Part shown: positions 37,968-45,933 of the stretch, one piece after another
Numbering within the stretch: position 1 is the stretch's first letter
Layout: each line of letters opens with the position of its first letter
Assembly (NCBI GenBank): GCA_000320545.1
Contig: ADNK01003172.1
Span: forward strand, 1 to 45,933
Direction of reading: 5' to 3'
Source: Bigelowiella natans CCMP2755
Taxonomy: Eukaryota > Protista > Cercozoa
Length of the DNA stretch: 45,933 nt
Translations under genes and position numbers: made by a program
Notes under the pieces: generated by a model
Database searches by the model: none
What the model was told of the DNA's origin: nothing
Seen by the model: the letters and a program-made list of their open reading frames with translations, nothing else

Positions 37968-39554
37968 ATGGGAAGCTGTGACGAATGGACGAAAATTGAC
38001 ATCATCAGCTTCATTATCACCCTGCTTGTTGCCGATGTAAGTTCTCTACAGACAGATCCTTGAGTAATGGTGCTAGCAAACAAGCAAAACCTGTTGCGAA
38101 TGAGGGATCATGCATTCTAAATTATATCCTAACTCAATTAAAAGTTTCGCACTGACTTGGTCAGTAGCGACATTTCACACATAAAAAACTTCGCTTAACA
38201 AGTAATTTTCCCGTCAGCTCGTTTTCATCGGGGCCTACTCCGTCTGTCGGATGTACGGCAGGCGTCGCTATATCATCAGCCATTTTCACGATACGGTGTC
38301 CTCTTTCTTCTCCTATATGGGAGATTCTCGCTACTGCGTCTTCGTATTCTCCGTCATTGTGATATCGCAAGCACTGGTCCTCTCCACCCTCGTCACCTGG
38401 AAGTACCGCGACAAGAGAAAGCCAAAGCAGTACCAGGAGAACTGGGCTGTCGTGCATATTGTTGACCTCATCGCTTGGGCCTCCTTCATATGTGCCGTGC
38501 TGACGAATCTCCTCATTTTTCCGCTGAAGCTGGGCTCCCAGAGATGTCGCATTGTGGGAACAACCTGCACTCCAGGACGGTCATACTGGGCGCATTACGT
38601 AGGCGGAGTCGCCTTCCTGTTGGTAGACCCGCTCATTCATTTTGTGGCGTATCTAGTCTCTGGTTTTGCGAAAGGCTTCGAGCTGCACAAGGTGATAGTC
38701 ATCGCCATCTTCGGATCGGCCTTGCTGTTTGGGCTGCTGTCACTAAGCACCAAGCATCCTATCTGCACGCGCCACATATGCTGCGGGGCGTTTGACCCTG
38801 AAGAGCGCACCGAGAGGAGCATCTGCCAAAAGAAGGCGTTCCCCAAATTCAAAGGCCCGATGACGAAGGCGCAGCTAGAGCTCAAAGCCATAGCGGATGC
38901 CGAAGCCATGCTACGCGTTCTTAAGGAGAAGAGCCAACGTGAGGGGGGCGCCGCCCCCGCAGCAGAAGCAACAGCAGATTCGTCCAAAGAAGATGACCGA
39001 AAGAGTGAGAAGCGGGAAGACATTCCTGACCTAAGCGTAGTTACGATGTTAGGAGACGACAACCCCAGCGGCATCCAAATCCCCGTGCTATCATCGGGGG
39101 CGGGAACGTGCGTGAGGAATGACTCTGAAGACGCCGAGCACAAAGGGATTGCACATGCAAACTATGAGAGGGGGGGAGGGGAGGAGGGAAGCCCTAGCGG
39201 CACAGTCGCGGTTGGAGATGAGGAAAAAGAAACGCCATCGTTGGGGCAGGGGCAGCTGGCATCCACGATCAAGGGCAGCACACAAGGTGAAGGGTCTTCC
39301 CTTGGAGAAGGAGAAGGAGGAGGAGGAGGAGGAGCATGGGGTTCTATCGATACCAAAATCGGAGACCTAAGCGATATACAACATCCACCGGGTACTATTC
39401 CCTTCGATGTTGATGCTCCTGCTGCTATGCTGCCAGATTCGTCGATTCAGCTCAAGGAGTCGAGGAGGCCCTTCCTTCGCCTGTGGTCAACTGGGACTGA
39501 GCTTGTAGCTATCGCTCTCATCGTTGCTGGTAGTGCGTGCGAGTGGGTTTGTGC

Positions 39555-39589
<35 letters not shown>

Positions 39590-39981
39590 TTTTGGTACCT
39601 CATAAACGGCACTCGCAATCGCTCTTGAGCAGCTTGAACGGAGCCCTTCTAAGACCTTTCCCGACACGCACACTACTGTTGATTTCTATTAGGAAACGTC
39701 CTCATCTCTTGTGAGGAATTTTCGAGACTCGGCTTCTACTAGATAGCCATCATTGCTGGTTGGTTTTTAAAGGGAGATGGAGAGAGCGTCGGATCAACTC
39801 GAGATTGCCATCGTTCGTTGTTATTATCATATTATCGTCCCCAAAGTTACAATTTTCACACACCTCTCCTCCTCTTCCTCCTCAATCAGGAGTTATAATT
39901 TACCATGAGCTACCAATGTACTTCAAAGCTAAAAAAACTAACCTCATGTCACAGCCGTCGCCGCAGGGCGAGAAAAAATAA
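37968..39981 (+). CDS. Multi-pass membrane protein, Frag1/DRAM/Sfk1-like, with a large acidic loop
   Basis: MGSCDEWTKIDIISFIITLLVAD/LVFIGAY..; about 6 hydrophobic segments; WAHYVGGVAF; final STGTELVAIALI; family call tentative. Confidence 0.7.
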
Positions 39982-40178
39982 TCTTAAGATCTGCTGCTCC
40001 TTTTTAAAGCCATCCAACTGCAGATCACGAATGCTATAGACAACTAGACAGCGAGAGAGTACTGTTAAGTGATTTATCCAATGATTAATATTTATCATAA
40101 TACAGTAAATACAGCCTTCTTAGGCGCAAAGCGTCTATTGTGTTTATGCGTGCATGTAGCGCCGTGACAAAATTAGAG

Positions 40179-40223
40179 CACACAGCACACAGCACACAGC
40201 ACACAGCACACAGCACACAGCAC

Positions 40224-40260
<37 letters not shown>
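40179..40260. repeat. (GCACACA)n then (CA)n repeat
   Basis: Direct inspection. Confidence 0.9.
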
Positions 40261-40262
<2 letters not shown>

Positions 40263-40771
40263 ATCCAAACACACATGCGCTTACATGTATGTGTTATATA
40301 GTTATAGTGTGCAAGGTGTTGCATCATCAGGAGCCATTGTATTCAGTGGATCACGCGTGCTACATCTACACATTCTTGTATTAGCCGCCGCTGGCGATCG
40401 CCAGTAGTCATAACAATACATGTAAGCCTAGGAACCCGCGATGCAAACTCAGTATGGCGGGATATTATGTACGTATGAACACATGTTCGTACGATAAACA
40501 TGTATCGTCTCTGACCGCGGCTAATTGGCACTAGTACGTTGTGACTCAATGCACTCAGGGCGCATGTATCCCAAGCGCATGATGTTGGCATTATGAGTAT
40601 GATACCATCATGTAGTTACTACAATGTTACAGTGACATAACAAGCGCAATGGATCATTGCCGATACGATGTGGCTGGGGATCGCATGCTTGCGTCAAAGT
40701 CTTCATGCGCTTGTCTTAAATCAGAACTACGATTCCAACCTGTTAGGCACTGAAGATTTGTCGGTATTCTC

Positions 40772-42439
40772 CTATAACTCTGCCACGATTCTCTTGATAC
40801 CGAATAAGCGCTTATAGGCAATCCCCCTCTTTCGCTTCTCCTTTTCGGATAACGGCTTTCCCTGCGAAGAGAAGGAAGGTTAGAGGGCGTTCCAGGATAT
40901 GTGTGGGAGAGTGTGGGCGCGGAGCAGTGCTTGTGATCTGCACGCCTCACTCACAAAGAATTGATATCGCACGGTGCCATTTATCCGGACTTTCTTGTGA
41001 ACCTGCGTCTGCACATTCATTCGTGATTATATCAGACGACACTTGCCCACAACGATGATGCGGAGAGATTAACCGTACCATAAGCTTGATCTTGGTGTCG
41101 ACCTTCACAAGTCTATGCGACAGTGCCTTCAGCTTTCGCATCGATCCTGCGAGCTTCTTGTAGGATGAGTCTGGCGATGAGCAGAGGGCGTTGGACATTT
41201 CACATGCACAGCTACTACTACTACTACAACTACGAATCAGAGAAACTCTTCCCCTAAATTTTCCGTGCGTGTCCTTGCCTGTGCTCTGCCTTTCTTTCAC
41301 TCCGGTCGATGTTTGAGGATCCCAAGCGACTGCGGTTAGTAGGCCATGGTAATTGTGTCACGTGGGGCGGTTGGCGGCATGTTTCGTGCAAACTATACCG
41401 TATTCGCGCCTTAACTTCTTGATGTTTTCTCCTGGCTGAACGAAGATCGTATGCGTCGCCTGCACCCCTGGATATGTCTAGTGCGATCAGAAACACCTCA
41501 TTATCAATGGCGCTGCAAGCTTGACGTAGCTTTTACAAGCCAATACCCGGACGGCGTAATGGAGACTCCCTCGTTTCATTTCGATATTCAATTCCTGGCA
41601 GAGAACAGCATACCATTGGGGATCATACTCGTTGTGAGCGAGCAGTGAATGACTCTCACCTCCTTTGCACGCGCTTCCTGTAGCGTGTGGCGCAGTTGGT
41701 AGAGTTTCTGAACGAGAAGGAGCACCAACAAGGGATAACAGTTTAGACGGTGTAAAAAGCGGAAGTCTGCATATTGTAACAATCAAAATACATTTTTGCA
41801 AATATTTCCCCAATCCACTTCATTCCTCTATAGCATAACAAATGTGTACATATGGTATATATGCGTATATACAACCTGCAGAACTTCAGTCCTATTTTGC
41901 CTGTGAATTCGATGAACTTTGCCGGTAACCTGGCACGTGGCATTATATCATACATATGCGTTCTCTATTCAGCCCAGATATACGTCGTCCTGGAGAATGC
42001 TTACCCTGTCCTTCCGGTGAGATAATATCCCGTAATAGAAGGTCTCAGGGTTCCGCTTCTTCGCCAGCTGCATAAACGTGGTATATCAGATACAGAGATA
42101 GCGAGGGGGGTTTTCGTCCTCATGCACTGTTGGAATGTGGTGCGGGTGTTTCTGCGTACGTTCTTGAGGCGGTTTTCCGCGTTCTCTTTTCGCCTCCGCT
42201 CTCGCAGCAGCCTAACGACAGCATGCACGATTGGAGAACCCATCCCACGCAGAATGGCGGGCTTTTTGTGGATGGTGTACTTACCGCTCCCTGCGCTCGA
42301 ACTTATCCTCCCTCGGAATTTCAAGCTTCCTCGATTCGGAATCCCTCTTCACACCTCGACGGGGCTTGTGGTCTTTGAAGGAGGCCTCAGTAGTCGGAAT
42401 CGTCAGCAGCCAACAAGCGGTAATCATAACAAAAACCAT
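40772..42439 (-). CDS. UTP11: Divergent Utp11-like (SSU processome) protein with a putative signal peptide
   Basis: Colinear motifs across exons: RLKN/LAKKRNPETFYYGI, TGKVH, IEMKRGSLH, THTIFV, SYKKLAGSMRKLKAL..KIKLM, KKVRINGTVRYQF. Confidence 0.65.
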
Positions 42440-43106
42440 CGTCTAGCTCATCCGTCACCTACCTCATCCTACGATATATTGCTCGCTATAAATCGTGAGC
42501 GGCCCCTCCCCCTCGCTCTCAGTGCTGGAATGTTGCGAACACTCTCGTGGCCTTCTTAGCTCATGGGGGCGCGCCTCCGCTGCTTTGTAACTTTTCCGCG
42601 CTGTTCGAGGACGCGGCTCCGTTCGGTGCTTTGCCGGTGATATTTAGTGCTGAAAACATACCAACATTTATTTCTACAATATTACCAAAATTGGGAATAT
42701 TTCTAAGCTAGAAATATCTAACAAATAACGTGTAAAATTTTCACCAGTATCAGCGTCGACGAGCATTCCGAGGTTCTCTTCGACGAAATAATATGCATTT
42801 CAGATCCGGCAGATATCCTAGAAATATGTTTCCTGGCGAAGCTCAACCCCTTGCCCGATCCTTGTAATTTTCGCCTAGAAGTTGTTGTCGCAGGGCAAAA
42901 ACACATAGGGTTTTGGCCTATACACGCGACCAAAGCTCTGGTCGTCGGGACCTGCAGCCTTTGACGCGAGTACGTTGCCAGGGAACGTGCTTCTCTTCTG
43001 AGCCAGAATCCGGATATAGAGATTAATCAGTGGCGGTGCGACGAACGAACGAACGAAGCAGCGCGACAAATCGCACTCAGCAGTGGGTATGGAGTAGGCG
43101 ACGGTG

Positions 43107-44417
43107 ATGGCGTCCATGTTCTCCAAGTGCTTTCCAATCGGGCTGCGGAGCGTGAATGCTCTGAGTCGTAGCAAGCTGCGAAGAAATGCGTCGGTGTTGC
43201 AGCAGGCTCAAAGAACGACGGCAGCACAGTCGGGAGGGCGGCTCGAACTTATCATGGGGCCGATGTTCGCCGGGAAGACCAGGTTGGGCCAGCCACCGTT
43301 GCGGTGGTGTTTTGCCCTTCTCATCATCACGAACAAGCGACGTCATTCACGTTCAGCGTCTTTCTGTTGATTCTTAGTGCGTTGATATCTCGCATAGAAG
43401 AGGAGGAGTGCAGAGAAGTCCCAGTATTGGTTTGTGACACGAACTTCGTAACATTCCGCGTCGCCTTTGGCAGATATACGTATTCATATACATATGTGTG
43501 TGTGTGTGTTTTGGCTGCGAATAAATACTAGGTTGTGAAATCAGCTGCGGACGATAGATATGCAAACGATAAAGTAGTGACTCATGATGGTAATATCATA
43601 GTAAAATCCCTTCTTCAGCTACTTTTGAGGCCATACTATCGCCAAACAGGGGCATCGAAAAGGTGCATTGCCGTGCCTGCGCTTAAGGATCTCCCAGAGA
43701 GCGAACTCAAGGTGAAGAAAAATGGATGCAATAAGTTGCATCGAGAGCCCTCCATATACCTATTTGTGTGGGTCGATTCAGGAGGTCAACGTCATAGCAA
43801 TTGATGAGAGCCAGTTTTTCCCAGATCTCTTTGAGTTCTGCAAAGCTTCTGGTAGTTGCAAACTCCATTTTTGCTCATAAACGACCTCTCTCGCATGACT
43901 GAGCAAGTGCAATTCATCATCCATCCCAGCGGACCGAGGGCAGACGGTGATTGTTGCTGGCCTGGATGGGGATTTCAACAGGTCGCTCATTCCTCGAATT
44001 ATTCTTACTTCCAACTGCGCGTATAGTAACGGAGAGGCTATGTGATGAAAGGGAACGCTTCGGTCAAATCATCGACCTCATTCCTCTAGCGGACAGGATT
44101 CAGAAGGTGCTAATACCATTACATTTATTACTATCTTGCAAGCTATTGGGCACTGTCATACTGGTTATGTGATTACAACTACTTCGGGTATGCACGTGCG
44201 GTGCGCAGCCGTGTGTGGTACGTGATGGTTTATACTGAAGTATAAGGCCCCTTCCCCTTCCTACGAACAGTTGAACGCTCGCTGCCGTATCTGTGGTGCT
44301 GAGGCGCCATTCACGGGGAGAATAAAGAAGTCTGAAGAGCAAACCCTAGTAGGGGGAGCGGACGCCTACATGCCTCTGTGCCGACGGCACTATCTCGAGC
44401 ATATCATAGGATCGTGA
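43107..44417 (+). CDS. TK1: Thymidine kinase (TK1 type) with an N-terminal organellar presequence
   Basis: GRLELIMGPMFAGKT; DDRY..VVTHDG; VIAIDESQFFPDL; VIVAGLDGDF; LNARCRIC; VGGADAYMPLCRRHY. Confidence 0.96.
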
Positions 44418-44975
44418 TAAGAAAGTGTTGTGTGCAACATTTGTCGCTCACTAGCTCATCATGGCGCTCAGAATGACACATACGCTTGTAACTGCCCATG
44501 TATACGTGCAGCGCTGCGATGTCAATCCATTGAAAGTCGCAGTGTCGCAGCAAGAGAAATGACACAACAGTCTAATGGTGGTGCAGCTGACTGGCTCATT
44601 GTGCGCACGACTAGTGCGCTATCACTAGTGTTCACACAATTTGGCACTCTATGGCACTTGTATACTTGCCTTTGCGATGACAATTCCTGCCGACAATCCC
44701 CGTGCTAGCATGAACACCCTAGACCCTGTAGTACCAAATCATCGCATGCACACAGCTCCGGCGTGCTGCGTAAGTGTGATTCATTACGCCGCACACGAAT
44801 GCGAAAAGCCGAACGAACACCAATCAGTTGTGTTTGCGTAGCAAGCCCAGACAATGGATCAATAAATGCATGGCATCGATGAGGGGATGCGGCGCTCCGG
44901 TCGCACATCGCATGACAAGTGCAGATCATTCACAGCAAACTACGACACACAAAGCGCACAGTAGCTTGTTCATTT

Positions 44976-45153
44976 CTACAATCTCACAAGACCCTCAAGA
45001 ATAGATTGATGCCGCTGTTCTGTCAGCGGAAGCCAGGATCGCGATTTGTCGCAACGCAGCAACAAAGCGTCGCCGCTCATGTTCTTAGGGTCAAACCCAT
45101 CACGCTGCAGGCCTAGTTTGTAACGGGGAATGTAATATCTGTTGTGTGTACTC

Positions 45154-45193
<40 letters not shown>

Positions 45194-45196
45194 GAC

Positions 45197-45244
<48 letters not shown>

Positions 45245-45790
45245 GCGCGCGTACGCATACGCGCACTATTCGGAAGGTTTCTAAGCCTTAAACGCGGAAC
45301 CGAGTGTACACACATGCTAAAACAATATCTCATCTGTACAAGCATACCCATCTTACGATGCTTAAACGTGGATGTGACGTCCATTGCGCCCTGCCCCTTC
45401 CTCACTCGCAGGAAGACGGGGATCGCGTACCTGCCATGTAGCACATGAGGCCGTTGTGGCCGTGTTCACTAAGAGGAGGAGGATGATAAATCAAGACTTA
45501 CGGAGGAAGATGCCGGGTGCAGTGAAGGTAAAGTCTTCGGAGTGACGACGACGACGGAGGAGGGGGGGAACGGGGGGTGCGGCTACGCTCTTGACTCTGT
45601 TGTCGATGTCGATCTCCATCACCATCAATATCATCATCATCTTCTTCATCTTCTTCTTCTAGACGGATGCACGCCATGCCAGCTCGGCCGTCGTAATGGG
45701 GGACGCTGACCCCGTACACGATCCCTTCTAACACACTGATTGGATTCAACGTGATAAGCACTTTTTATCACGGTCGTCGTCATCATCATT

Positions 45791-45821
<31 letters not shown>

Positions 45822-45933
45822 TCAGTATCACCACCAAATTCATCAGTAATCATGTCGTTCTTCTCTCTCTCTCTCCGAACTTCCCCCCCCCCCCCCCCCG
45901 TTGTAGTGTCCGAAGGGCTCTTTTACTTATCAT
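44976..45933 (-). CDS. Long-chain fatty acid transport protein / acyl-CoA synthetase (FATP/SLC27), 3' end only
   Basis: VYGVSVPHYDGRAGMACI; LPP/YAIPVFLRV; MDVTSTFKHRK; LQRDGFDP; continues beyond the window. Confidence 0.9.

Noticed and set aside
42444-42463. 20-nt nucleomorph-style mini-intron upstream of the UTP11-like gene
   Set aside because: Removing it does not give an open frame; the other introns here are of normal nuclear size

Overview
Eukaryotic nuclear DNA: gene-dense, with short GT-AG introns and many intronic microsatellites. Bipartite-looking leaders suggest an alga with a complex plastid, possibly a chlorarachniophyte; this is inference only. The window opens with an intact-looking Ty3/Gypsy LTR retrotransposon on the minus strand, whose single gag-pol ORF runs off the window edge and is missing from the ORF track. 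About 16 spliced genes follow, mostly in alternating divergent/convergent pairs: bHLH, EF-hand-like, plastid NIPSNAP-like, Cj0069-type ATP-grasp, SFT2, WW, ARPC1, GH18, BUD13, two hypotheticals, HIU hydrolase, Frag1/DRAM-like, UTP11-like, TK and FATP. The most striking signal is not a gene. Several non-coding or dead tracts (about 3.6-4.1, 6.1-6.7, 11.9-12.7 and 22.1-23.4 kb) have lost nearly all TpA dinucleotides, including 777 nt with none. These tracts keep CpG, are rich in TpG/CpA, and their surviving TpA sit mostly in CTAG. This looks like the footprint of a locus-targeted, sequence-specific TpA->TpG/CpA (A:T->G:C) hypermutation process, a kind of reverse RIP. All counts are hand counts and all family assignments are from memory, with no database searches.
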